From Vicugna vicugna (taxonomy: Eukaryota): 64,000 bases of DNA. The notes beneath the pieces are model-generated. The model searched no databases, had not been told where the DNA came from, and saw only the letters and a program-made list of their open reading frames with translations. Positions 1-12,429 of this stretch are shown piece by piece. The position numbers and the translations under genes were made by a program. The stretch lies in NCBI GenBank assembly GCA_013265495.1, contig MU058198.1, forward strand, positions 7,765,779-7,829,778, read 5' to 3'. Position 1 is the stretch's first letter. Each line of letters opens with the position of its first letter.

Positions 1-921
1 TAAAACCTTAGATTTGATGTTAAAGCATTTGTCAAATCTGGTAAATATGATTTGAAGGACCCTACTCTGTCTCCCTTGAGAAGGGGAGGAATGTCAGTGT
101 GCTACTCTTTTTTGGGAAAAAGTAGGATTTTTTAAGCGAATTTGTATATGGTAAGTATTCAGAGGTGGGTGGGGGCAGTCTCAAAAACCGTACAAAACTG
201 AGGAAAACTCTGTTGTGTGCGTGTGTTTAATGCAAAACTTTAAAAAGAAAAACAACTGTTATGTGACTGTTAACTTGCTCTGCATTTTATGTGCCACAGG
301 TATGAAAGGTGACATTGCAAAATACTCCGCTCTTCTCGCAGTGTAGAAGGGGTGACCCCGGGGGTGGGGAGAGATCAAAAACAGCTCAGTAGTTAGGGTA
401 GGGCTTAGCTAGGTTTGTCTCGCTTTAAGGGGAAATTGCCTTTGGTTTTGACTTTTTATGGAATAGGGTTGGGTCTGCTTGCTGCTTTCAAAGCAAAAAC
501 CACAAAAATGTGTTCAGGGCTACCCCAGTCTGGTGTGAAATGTCTTCTGGGTAAATCCGGGGGTGTAGGGTTTTTAAACCAACTACTGGGTTGTCAACCA
601 CTCGCGACAAGAGGAAAAAACATCTGCTACATCGGAAGAACGACCAAGGAAAATGGGTCTTTTTTTTCCAGAGGAAATAGGCATATAACCTTTTAAAGCA
701 AGAATTCTTAAAAATTGTGTCTGAGAAATTGCACACGTGTGTGTGACATGCTCAAAGGTCAGACAAGGGGTGGTCAGGAAGGGGAATGTATTTTAGTAGC
801 CACTTTGTATCATTTTCCCAAAACACCTACCCTTGTTTGGGGAATGTTGAACAAAATCAAAAAACGCCCTTTTGTAGCCGTTGGAAGCTTCATGTCCTTT
901 CTTCTAACTTGTCTTCTCCAG

Positions 922-956
922 CGGAAGTGACCGAGGTGGCTTCAATAAATTTGGTG
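922..956 (+). CDS. FUS: FUS exon 7 (35 nt; ..GSDRGGFNKFG)
   Basis: ttctccag|CGGAAGTGACCGAGGTGGCTTCAATAAATTTGGTG|gtaagt; matches FUS exon 7 in length and peptide. Confidence 0.95.
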
Positions 957-2439
957 GTAAGTGAACAGAGTTTCCAAAATTCCCAACTCCCAGCAATGCT
1001 TTGTCTGATTGTTCATTTGCAGATGTCTTAGCGTGTTTTAAGTGTCAAAGGTTTGGAAGTGTCCAGAACACCTCTAGAAAGGTGTGGGGTAGAATGCCAC
1101 CTGCTGCCAAATGTGTGCTAGCCTGGAGGCAGGCAGGGGTAAGACTCAGCAGTCATCTGGTACCAAATTGGTTTGACCCAGGTTAATAAGAGGCGTTTAG
1201 TAGGCCTCTGACAGGAGTGTTGCCACACCTGGCACTTAGTGATCACCGTTACGAGAAACTGGAGAGAGTGTGCTGGAACACGTGGTGCCAACTTGGCTTT
1301 AGGATCCTTTTGATCAGTGTGTCCAAGGCTAGTGTGTGTGTGTAACAACCTCCAAATGTTTTAATTCTGGACGAGGGATGTGAAATATTGCCCTGCCCTG
1401 AGGATGGTGATGTTGGTATATATTTATACGTTAAATACTGAATGGTGTCAATGCAATTCTACATACATGTATTGAAACTCAACTCAGATGGGCAAATAGA
1501 AACTAGCTCTGGGAAGGAAGGTGTGCACTATTTCCAAGAAAGGTTGGGAGCATGTGTGGCTCACGGGAAATAACCAGGTCTTATAACAGCACAAACTTGA
1601 ATTCATGGAAAAATGGCAAATTTGAGAAGTCTCCCAGTAAGCTGGAACTTTTCTGGTTTGGTTAACTAACAAAAGGTTTCTTGATTTGTCTCAACATTTA
1701 AAGCCAAAGGCTTGGGTTCCTGATTTAGGTGTCATTGAGTGTGGGTACAACTTACATATGGTGAATTCAGATAAACTTTGGTCAAAGATGGTCTCTGGAA
1801 AAAAAAAATAGAGGCTGCATTATGGAAATAAGATTTCTGGTCTGTTCCCTGGGACATGCTTAAAAATACAATAGCTATTATGTATGATTCTTATTTTCAT
1901 GTGGTTTTGGGGGAAACAACACGGTTTTAAGAATGGTTTCTAAAGATGAAATTAAAAATTGTTCCATGAGAGATAAGTGTCTTTGGTGTTAAAAGTTTGG
2001 AGAAACTGGACGCATATCACATTGCTGGTGGTGAGCCCATTTCTCTCGGGTGAGAGAACAGGGCCAAGCTATGAGTTGGTTTGTTAACTTCAATGGATCT
2101 CCCTCCTGGCCCTCCCAATCTGTGCTGAGGACATTTCCCAGCCTGAGCTGGGGGAGGCAGCATTTTCTGAAGTGTGGAGTTGTCCCTGTGGGGACTCAAG
2201 TTACATACAGATCTTAAGAAAAGGGGCCTGTGTCTTCCCCAGACCTGCCTAGGATTTTCTCTGGGCGGGCAGCCCAGGACAGGGTTTGGAGTGAGGCTGT
2301 GAGCACTTACCCGATACTTTGCAAAAGTTTGGATTTGATGTTATCTTTTTTCTTGAGGTCTCTACCTGTTGACTGACAGCTCCTCTTTCCTTGTTTTTTG
2401 TTTTTTGTTTTTTGTTTTTTTGTTTTCATGTCACTTAAG

Positions 2440-2472
2440 GCCCTCGGGACCAAGGATCACGTCACGACTCTG
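2440..2472 (+). CDS. FUS: FUS exon 8 (33 nt; GPRDQGSRHDS)
   Basis: Long T-rich tract, taag|GCCCTCGGGACC...GACTCTG|gtaagt; in frame with exons 7 and 9. Confidence 0.95.
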
Positions 2473-2620
2473 GTAAGTCCACAGGTGGCATGAAAGAATG
2501 GCTAAGCTGGTAGCAGGACTTTGACTGGATGTTTTTTGAAACTTAAAAAAAGGAATCTGAAAAAGCAGGAGTAGAGAAGAAGGGAAATGTGGGGAAGGGA
2601 GTTTAGGTGTAGTTGTACTT

Positions 2621-2778
2621 AGCAGTGGTTTATAAATGAGCATGTATCAGAAATAACTGATAGGGCGATTTTCTTACCCAGCAGTTTAGTAGGCCTGGGA
2701 GGAGCTGAGAATTTGCATTTTTAACGTCTCAGGAGATGCCAGTGCATCTGTGTGTGGACCGTAATCCTGAACTGCTGG
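2621..2778. mobile_element. MER5-like (hAT-Charlie) DNA transposon remnant in FUS intron 8
   Basis: cagtggtt...atcagaa...gagaatttgcatttttaac...ctgctg resembles MER5 as recalled; boundaries approximate. Confidence 0.5.
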
Positions 2779-3194
2779 TATAATTAATGCTTTTGTGAAT
2801 GTGGATCATGACCAAATTAGTGAGCGAAAAAGACATAAAGGGAAACATTTAGTGTATTTTTTGTTTTAATAATGTTTGTATACTGGATTTTAGTGTAAGA
2901 TAAGTTTCTTAACTTGGATCTTCAACTGAAAGTTGACAAACTGGTGTACTTTGTGGTCTTGAGCAGGTAGCTCCTGAGCCCTGTTTTTTTTTAATGAGCA
3001 ACATGTTTCAAAGGGTAGTTGTAAAACTAAGCTTTAATTTGTGAAGTGACTAGCATACAGGCACTCAGATAATGGAACATGAGGAATGGGGCTTTCTTTC
3101 ATTTGTCTGACTTAAACCAAAATATATTGCTTGCTTTCAGAAATTTTTTCTTTGAAAGCTTAGTGTCAAGTATTCCTTAAAGTTAGGTTATTAA

Positions 3195-3428
<234 letters not shown>

Positions 3429-3759
3429 TAGTAAGAATGAAAGTCTTAAGGGCTGCCTGCTTAATTTGTTGAGGAAAGAACATTAACTGTTGCCATTTTT
3501 TAAAAGACATCACCTTTTAACCCAAAAAGGCATAATTGACCCAATTGATAAAAAGGGAATGTCTAAAACTTGAATTTGTAGTCTATAACCTTTAGTCTTA
3601 TCTTTTAATATTGAAGTGAGAAACAATTATAGTTGATAGCTTTAATTTAAGTTACAGGTGAGATACGGAAGTATGGTTATAGACCTCGGGTTGTGGAGGT
3701 GGAAGGTGGGTAGTACTATATCCTGTAAGACTGATGTTATCTCATGTTGCTTTCTTCAG

Positions 3760-3889
3760 ACAAATAAGAAAACGGGACAGCCCATGATTAATCTGTACAC
3801 AGACAGGGAAACAGGCAAGCTGAAGGGCGAGGCAACGGTATCATTTGATGACCCACCTTCCGCTAAAGCAGCTATTGACTGGTTTGATG
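3760..3889 (+). CDS. FUS: FUS exon 10 ([46 protein letters not shown])
   Basis: ttcag|ACAAAT...TTTGATG|gtatgt; 130 nt; peptide visible in ORF 3658..4008. Confidence 0.97.
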
Positions 3890-4137
3890 GTATGTGTTGT
3901 GAGGAGGCTGGTGGTGGCGGTGGGGGATCGGGCAACCAGCGTTGGGAAGCAGGCTACATTTTGAGGGTTTCTTTAAGTTGTCTAACACTTTCTACTACTT
4001 TGGTGTAGTCTTATTTTTGTTTGTCTCATGAGAGTATGAACTTAAAGGAGGTCCACTTGAAGGCAGGGTCTTCCCTTGATTGTACCGTGTGCTTTTGGAA
4101 CCACAGGTCTTAATATATACCTCCTTTATTTCTTTAG

Positions 4138-4239
4138 GTAAAGAATTCTCTGGGAATCCCATCAAGGTCTCATTTGCTACTCGACGAGCAGACTTTAATC
4201 GGGGTGGTGGCAATGGTCGTGGAGGCCGAGGGCGAGGAG
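4138..4239 (+). CDS. FUS: FUS exon 11 ([34 protein letters not shown])
   Basis: ttttag|GTAAAG...GGAG|gtgaga; 102 nt. Confidence 0.97.
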
Positions 4240-4332
4240 GTGAGAAGCTATTTCTGCTGCTTGTATGGATAGGTGATGGGGAGAGAGGGGGGAGGCAGGG
4301 TGGGTGTTAAGGGCTTGCGTGGAAAAGATTAG

Positions 4333-4506
<174 letters not shown>

Positions 4507-4825
4507 TGAGTGAAATTTCTTTTTCTCTCAGCCCTCTAACCTGTGTGCTCTTTGATATTATGGTAGAATTTGTTTTCCAGCTAATAAATGTCGAGGCTAT
4601 GCTGATGGGGACAGGCTTACCTAGGTAAGGTAGCTATAGTGGGAGAGGCATTGAACTAGGTTCAGTAATCCACAGTTCTTGTCTGGCTCTGCTTCTGAGA
4701 AACAAGTCTTTTTGCCTTTCTGAGGCCTCAGTTTTCCTTGTGTGTCCTTAAAGTCCCTGCAGTCTTCCTAATTCTAGGTCTTGGCTACTCCCCCGCCCCC
4801 AAACTAATTGTCTTATTTTCTTCAG

Positions 4826-4926
4826 TACGTGTGAGAACATGAACTTCTCTTGGAGGAATGAATGCAACCAGTGTAAGGCCCCTAAACCAGATGGCCCAGG
4901 AGGGGGACCAGGAGGCTCTCACATGG
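4826..4926 (+). CDS. FUS: FUS exon 13 (zinc finger: [21 protein letters not shown])
   Basis: ttcag|TACGTGTGAG...CACATGG|gtaagg; 101 nt. Confidence 0.97.
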
Positions 4927-5017
4927 GTAAGGAAGAGGCAGAGCTGGTAAGAAGAGTTGGGATCAAATAGACCTTAGCAAGGAGGCTAGAGGGAAGGTAG
5001 GGATTTGGGGGGTATGA

Positions 5018-5203
<186 letters not shown>

Positions 5204-5501
5204 TAAGTCAGACTCTAAATTGAAGTGAAAGTAGAGCAACTGAACAGAAGTCATGGGATTGCAAGGTTTTTAGAAGGTGGTTTGGTTTTGAGGGCTAGGT
5301 TGGAAAGCTGAGACTGTAATCACGTTGGGTGGGGGAGGAGGGAAGGAACATTGGGGAACTAATCTGTAGACCCCCATTCACTCGCTATAACGTACAGAGA
5401 TGGGGTTTCTTGGGGTTAGGTAGCAGGGACAGATAGGATTTTGGGGGTGGGGTGGGTGGAGAAGTTGGTGACTCAGACCTAATGGATGCTCTTTCTTGCA
5501 G

Positions 5502-5541
5502 GGGTGAGCACAGACAGGATCGCAGGGAGAGGCCGTATTAG
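5502..5541 (+). CDS. FUS: FUS exon 15 coding part (PY-NLS: RGEHRQDRRERPY*)
   Basis: ttgcag|GGGTGAGCAC...CCGTATTAG; canonical FUS C-terminal PY-NLS; stop TAG at 5539-5541. Confidence 0.97.
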
Positions 5542-5582
5542 CCTGGCTCCTGACGTTATGGAGCAGCTTTTCTTCCTGTACC

Positions 5583-5590
5583 CAGTGTTA
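5583..5590 (+). promoter_or_regulatory. miR-141/200a 8mer seed match (CAGTGTTA) in FUS 3'UTR
   Basis: Exact complement of seed AACACUG followed by A, about 42 nt after the stop. Confidence 0.75.
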
Positions 5591-5678
5591 CCCTCATTGT
5601 TTTGTAACCTTCCAACTCCTGATCACCCACGGGTTTTTTGTGTCGGACTATGTAATTGTAACCATACCTCTGGTTCCC

Positions 5679-5684
5679 ATTAAA
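5679..5684 (+). terminator. Proximal FUS polyadenylation signal ATTAAA (further AATAAA at 5806-5811 and 6884-6889)
   Basis: Hexamer 138 nt after the stop, followed by a T-rich downstream segment. Confidence 0.7.
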
Positions 5685-8600
5685 AACCATCATTTTAGTT
5701 AAATTTTCTTTCTCTTACCCCTCTTCACTCTGCTGGAGGTTTGATGTCCAGGTCAAGAATGTGGGGAGTTTTCCTCTGCAGGTCAACCTGCCTAGCAGGA
5801 ACTGGAATAAAGTGTTCGATACTTGGTCCAGGGGAGAAGAGATCAAGTGGTAGCCTTGAAAGTAGAGATCAGACTTTGCTATCATGGCAAAAAAATGGAT
5901 GAATGAAAGGGGTAAATGAAAAAATACATGATGTATTGCCCCAGATTTGTCCAACTATATGGAGGTTTTCCTTTTACCGTGTTTATTCATACGCTGATTT
6001 TAGTGAATTTATTATTTGTAGTGGTTTGGTTTTTTGTAAGGACTCTTGGCTCTTGTGACACTTTCTTGAGGGTGGGGCTCAAACAAATTAGGGTTCCTTT
6101 GGGGCAGTATTCAAGCTTCACTATGACTGGAGCACGATGTTAGCCAGTGGGTTTTTTACAGGAAGGAGAGCACCTACTTAATGATAGGTGTTCTGTGGCT
6201 TTGCTCACTCTACTGGCAGAAAGCGAAGGGCATGGGTTATGTGACTCAATCAGAAAATGGTAGATGCTGGATTGAGTCTGTCTGCTGACTTCATTTTCAT
6301 TGGCATTTCATTCTGAAATCTTTGTTCTGAAGGGGACAGACTCCTGTCTCAAACATTGTTCGGTTAGGCCTTAAGGGGATGCCAGGTTTTAGGGAAAGAG
6401 GCTTGGGAATGAGAGGAGGTGAAAAGGGGGCAGGTTACCTGGGAAACAGGTAGAGGCAGTTCTTTCTGTTTAAAGGTGAATGGGCTCGCGCCCGCCCCCC
6501 CCCCCACCTGAAGGTGGGTCTTTGGTAGGTATCTGCTGTAGGGAGGCGGTGGTCTAGTTGGGTAACGTTCACATCCTGCCTATACCCAGAGGACTGTCAT
6601 TGGTATTTTGAGAAAGGAGAAGGGTGGAGCCGATGAAACCTCAGAATAGTGCCCCTCCACTTTGCATACTCCCGCTGACCCCGGCCGTCCCTTCCTTTTT
6701 TTCAGCTCAAACTGTGTTTAAAAAACTTGCCCATGCCTTCTGATCAGTTGTGCAGCATGAATTTTAGTTACATAGAACTGAAAATTGAACAGCCAGCAGC
6801 GGAAAAAAAGGCTCTAAGCTGTCGGAAGCACAGATTTTCAAGTACCTGGGAGCCCTGGTTGGGAAGGGCTTTTCTCTTTGTCTAATAAAATAGTCCAGTG
6901 TGCTCTTCAGAGGAGTTGATTTCATCCTCAAATCTCTGTTGACTTGAGATGGAAGCTGCGGCTTTGTCAAAAGGAATAGCTGCTTTCCCCTCCCTGCTGA
7001 GTAGGGGTGCTTTACCAAGAGTAGGTGGAGAATGGCTGGCGTTCTCCAGGCAGTCCTTGATGAGGTGCAGTGAGCTTGGTACACGTGAGAAGCCAAGGAC
7101 GTGGCGGTGGTTCTTTCCCTGGCGTGGTCATGCTGCCTCTGCTGTTTTGTTGATGTGCTGCTGCTTACAACGATGTTTTGTTTGAATGGTTTGGTCCATG
7201 TCTCTTGAAAAGTTTTTTATGTGTTCACCTTGTAGGGGTTAGGCTTTGGTTGTGGTTCCTTCATCCCTGCTGCTAGTAGTGAAGGGGGTTGAAACTCTGG
7301 GTGAGACCTGAGTACTGACTGGGACTGTTAGTACTTAGTTCTTATGTCCTTTAAAGGGCTTCAGTGATTGGCCTGATGCTTAAGTGAAAGAAAACAGGGC
7401 CCCAGGTACCTAGTGGGTCGATCCAGCTTGGGGGGCTTTTCCAGGAGAATGGATGAAGACAACAGAACTTTGGTTTGAGGTGTTGATTCTGGTGCCAGCT
7501 CATCACTGGTGAGAAAGTAGGGGTCTGACCCCCCAGGGCTTGGATTTTGGGCCCTCTGCTCTGCTGCATTCCCTTGTAAGCACTAGGCCAGGAAAAAACC
7601 ACTCATGTTTCTCTGATGAGGATCCTAGGCTAATCTCTTGAGTTCTAAAGAATATATTATTCTTACTGAATTATTGAAAATGGTCTTCAGTCTTGAAGCA
7701 TTAGGTACCTGGCTTATTTGAGACAGGCTAACTAGTAGGAAGAAGTGAGGGTGGGATGTGAGTGGGGAGAAGTGTGCTGCAGATCTCTGCCTCCTGATTT
7801 AGTTCTCCAGTCTTTCACCTTTTCAGTAACTTGGATATAGGGCTGAGGTTGTCATGGATGGGTCCGGTGCATATGATTCAGTACATCTTTATCTAGGCGT
7901 GCTGCTTCCCACTTCCAGTCTCCAGTCAGTCATCCACCAGGGGTTTTGAAACCACGTCCCACTCCCTGGACTAGTCTGCCAGAGGCTCAACTCAGTGTGA
8001 CGTGTGGGATCCCACCTGCAGCCATTCCTCTCTAGTCTGCAGAACTCAGACTCCCTTTTGTACTTTTGGGCCTTCAATACTTAGCCTCTTTTCTTTCATC
8101 TTTAACTTTTTATTTTGAAATGACTCAGACTTGGAAGATTTCCACAGAAATCACCTTGTTTACCTCCCCATGCAGACAGTGATCTTTGTGGTGCTGGTGT
8201 GTGAGAGCTGAGGAAGTAGTGTCAGATGAATCTTGCCAGGAGATTTGATTTTAGGGCTGGTAGGAATTGGCCCTCAGTCCTGTGGTGGTAGCAGTTAAGG
8301 ACTTTCGAAGACCTTTGAATCTAAGATACCCAACATTCTTCAGGTGGGAGCAGACAAGTACGCATCACTGAAGGGAGAAGGAGCCGGGCTTTCCAGGCAG
8401 CGCCCTGCACGTGCACCGCAGGGTGGCAGTGTTGCACAGCCCTGTTGATTCCCTGTAGCTGTTCTGTGCAGGATTCTTAGGGCTTGGCTGCAGGGTGGGG
8501 GCCTGTCTGTCAGATCTGTCCCAGTGGGCTATTTTCTTTGTTTTGCTTTTTTCAGAAGTTGAGGGAAAGCCAGCCCATCCTGTGTACTGTCTTCCTGAGT

Positions 8601-11595
8601 GAAAAGCAAGGCAGGTCCCTCTGTGGGAAGACCTCTGCAGACTTGCCACAGTCTGAGGTGGCAGAGCTAAATCCTCCCTGTAGCAGTGTGTCTTAAGTTG
8701 AGTACATACGTGAATCTCTTGGCGGTTTGGTTAGCACATGGATTCTGATTTGGTGTGTGGGTCCAGGTGGGGGGCAAGCTCTCTGGCGGTGTTGACACTT
8801 GCTGTTTCAGCAGCACACTTTTATTAGAGTCTTGCTCTGAAGTTCTGCAAAGACTCCGGTTCTGTGTCCCCTCCACCTTCCCTGTGAAAGGGAACTTGAT
8901 TCTGTATGTGGACAGTTTGAGCTGGGAGCTAAGAGGAAGGTCACTCAACAGAAGGCTGGCTCCTTTGGGTTTTCTAATTCTCACAGGCCCAGTGAACACT
9001 GACTATTGTTTGTTGTCTTGTGATGCTTGGAGATTTTGGGCAAAAAATGTCAATTGTTTTGAGGTGTTACTCTAGGAACACAAACATCCTGGAGACCGTT
9101 GTTGACACTAAATGTGTACTTGCTGCAGGCCAGTTGCTGTTAGGTGGTGAGCGGTCCAGTTGTTCTTACTTCATAGAAGGGTATGCTGAGATACAAACTA
9201 GCCTTAGTCTCGTAACTGGTGAGTGGGATAGAGTAGGGATTTGAATCTGTCCTTTGGCTGTGGAAGTTGTGTCCTTAACCACCATGCAGTGGCTGATAGA
9301 ACTCTTAAAGCTCCCCCCCCCGCCCCACCATGAGAAGGAAAAATAAAGCCCCCAAGAAGCCTTTGAACTTAGGGGAGCTGTCCTTCCAACGGTTTCTTTT
9401 GCCTCAGGTCTGCACTGGTTTTTGCAGCTGCTCTACTTGAGAATCAGTGCAAGGAAGTGTAGCTCCATCCCATGAGAAGTATTAGGTTCCTGTGGTTTTA
9501 AAAGAAATCCTGTTAGACACTAGAGATACACAGTGACTTATTTTTTACATCCAAGGCACCGTACAGAGGTTGAAAAGACATGTTTATGGGGCGCACTCTA
9601 ACGGAAGAGTCCTGTGTGAAAACAGACATGACAGTTCGGTTCGCTCTACCACAGACCCTGTGGGAAGTGCCACTGGAGCGCAGAGGAGGGCCGCCTTGGT
9701 GTGCTGGGACGGCTGGATTTCAGGGTGTCTGGAGTTACAGGACCAGCATGTGCTAGGGCGTGGGGCGTGAGCAAGTGTTGGGATCTTGGGGTAAGTGAAG
9801 AGGCAGATGAGAGAGGTTCAATGGGATCCTTAAGGGCCAGGCTGGAAAGGGGAGCTTCAGTGTCCTAATGTTAGATGTGAGACAGTCTTATTTCCGTGAT
9901 CAGTTTTGATCACTCAGGCCCTTGAAGGTGGTTGACTAGAAGCAGGGAAAGTCAAGAGATGTGTTGTAGGTAAAAGACACGAAGGCATAAGACAGGTGGG
10001 AGCTGTGAAGTTGAGGAAGAAGGCAGTTGGACATGGGAGAGCTGGCATCAGCAAGATGAACTAAATCTGGGCTTTATGGAACATGTCAGGGTTTCTTGTC
10101 TTCTGGTTAGGCCGCTGCTGTTGCCATATGTCAGGATACAGGGATGGTGAGAGGAAGACAACTTCAGTTTGGGAAATGGTAGGTCCTTGCAGAATGTTCA
10201 TCTCAGGGATTGAGTAAGTCTTAGATTGTAAGACTCAAGAAGATTTGGTAGAAAAGGGACGGAATGGGGAGCATCAGCATTTATTTTGTGGGGTGGCTGG
10301 CTAAAGAAGATGCCCCCACAGGATCCTGCGTGTTAGGGATTGTTCCCACTTTTCGGGAAGCTCAGCTTTCCTCCTGGAGTCCTGAACAGCATCAGGAGCA
10401 GTCCCATGTGACTGTGTAGCTTTGACAGTGGCCATGTTCTTAGCTCCTAGATAGCTTCCTTCTATCACTGTTTTTTCCTGTTGCTCTGGTGATCCAGTAA
10501 CCAGAATAGGGAAATGTTACACAGACTGTGTGGTGCTGGTTGGGGGTGGGATGTACATAAACACTGCATTTGCTAATTGTGGCATCTAGGGAGCGAGGGT
10601 GTCCCAGGTGGTGTCTTCAGACAGCTTTGTTCATCCTGGGCCAGTGTGTCGTCGTGGATGGCACACCTTGTACCCTCAAACGTGGATTCCTGTGTTTGTT
10701 GATCGGACTGCTTAGGATAGGCTGGCTTTCTTGGGGGCTTCCCTTTGCTTTGCATCCTTCTCCGCTGCTGCCCAGGCTAGGTGCCTATTTTACACAGGGT
10801 ATTGTCCTAGGGTCCTGGTTCCCTGAAGGGCTCTGGAAAGACCCTGGGGAGTGCTGTTTTCTGGAGAGGAATACTATGTTCCTTTGTTGGCAAAAAATCC
10901 AAAAATCTATCAAGAGAAGAAAAACTACTAGAACTCATTTCCTAAAATTTTGCTTTTATGATTGGCATGTTTTCTGAGCAAAATAAACCCCTTTCAGCAA
11001 GTGGGAGGGAGCAGAGGGAGCAGTGAAGCCTGCTAGTGTCCGTGCTGGAAGAGGCCATACAGAGTGACACTTGGTGGCCTGTGCTCTTTTGTCCTGTGTA
11101 TACATGATACTCTTGTCTCTTCCCCTGAAAGTTGCTCTAATTTTACAATTGTTTTTTCCCTTGGAAAATGAAAGAGAAGCAATGTAGCTGAGTCTGTTTC
11201 TAAATGCATTTGAGAAACCTGGCCCTCCACAGTCCCAGATCCTTTGTACATACCTTTGTTTTAAACTTTAGACCTTGACCACAGGGCTAACTATTGTCTC
11301 AAGGGCAGACCCTTGGGGGTAGCATTTGGAGGAGCCATTGTATGGTGACTGGGGCAGGAAGGATGAAGTGTGGAGCCTGCTGCACCAGGAGAACGGGCAG
11401 TGAAGTAGAGGGTCACCTGAGCCCTGGTGGCATCTAGATATGTAGCTTAGCTCTGCGTGTGCTTTCAGGCTGGAAGTAGGAAAACACAAGTACGAGCTGA
11501 TTTTTTATATATTGTAGATATAAAAAAAATAGATTCCAGGTAAGTTGGATGGAACAGTGAAGGGTCATATGTAGGGCTGCTGCTGGGGAAGATGC

Positions 11596-11852
11596 TCAGC
11601 TCCGCTCCAGGTCATCCACCAGGTAGGGCTGGGTGTCCCTTAGGCTCTGAAGGAGTAGATCCTTGCAGGTCGTGTTCCAGGCTGGAGCAAAGCTGAAGAG
11701 CTTCCTCATCTTGGTTGGGTTGGTGTGCTCTGCCCGCACTGCCTGGTACTGATCTTCTGTCAGGACCTTCCCATACAGGGAATCCAGCACCCCATCCACG
11801 TCTGTGACCCGTGCGATGAGGGCCGCCCGATGCTGGTCCACAAAGTGCGGTG
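11596..11852 (-). CDS. PYCARD: PYCARD/ASC exon 3 ([89 protein letters not shown])
   Basis: Minus-strand acceptor cccccag; 257 nt to TGA; typical ASC CARD. Confidence 0.97.
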
Positions 11853-12164
11853 CTGGGGGCAGGAGGGAGGAGAGCAGGTGAGCTGGCACCCGGCGTGGGT
11901 GCTGGGGCCTATCCCTGTTGAACACTGCTTTCTTCAGAAGTTGCCTTGAATGCACCCCTAAAGGACAGGGCTCAAGGTGGGCAGTCCCCAGGGCTCTGGG
12001 TATAGTGGGAAGTATGTAACTTTGTCTCCCTTTCTCCCAGCCAGGCTCAGCCTCAGGAGGTGTGTGAGTGGGTTGGTGGGAAGGGTTGGCCTGCTTCATG
12101 CTCCCTGGGTGTTCTGGGCCTTGTGACAACAGGTAGACTGCACAGGAGTGTGGTGGGGCCTCAC

Positions 12165-12221
12165 CTGGCTTGGCTGCTGCCTGGGGAGGGGCCTTGATCC
12201 CAGCTGGCTTTGCTTCGGGGG
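12165..12221 (-). CDS. PYCARD: PYCARD exon 2 (57 nt linker, [19 protein letters not shown])
   Basis: ttcttacag|...|gtgagg on minus strand; 274+57+257=588 nt gives 195 aa plus stop. Confidence 0.93.
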
Positions 12222-12354
12222 CTGTAAGAAAATCAAATGATGTCTACAATCTCTGGGGTAAGGGGCCCCTTGGTCCGGAAGCCAAAGTCACTACCAAATG
12301 GGGGAAGCCTCCTTTCCCAGCAAGAAGAGCTTGTATTAAGGGGTAGGAGGAACA

Positions 12355-12364
12355 GGAAGTGAAA
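12355..12364 (+). promoter_or_regulatory. ETS-IRF composite element GGAAGTGAAA in PYCARD intron 1
   Basis: Exact GGAAnnGAAA match in the context aacaGGAAGTGAAAg. Confidence 0.55.
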
Positions 12365-12429
12365 GAACCTGAGTGGGTTGGGAGGAGGGTGTAGGCAGGA
12401 TACTAGAGAAGCCCTGGGGGTCTGGACCT

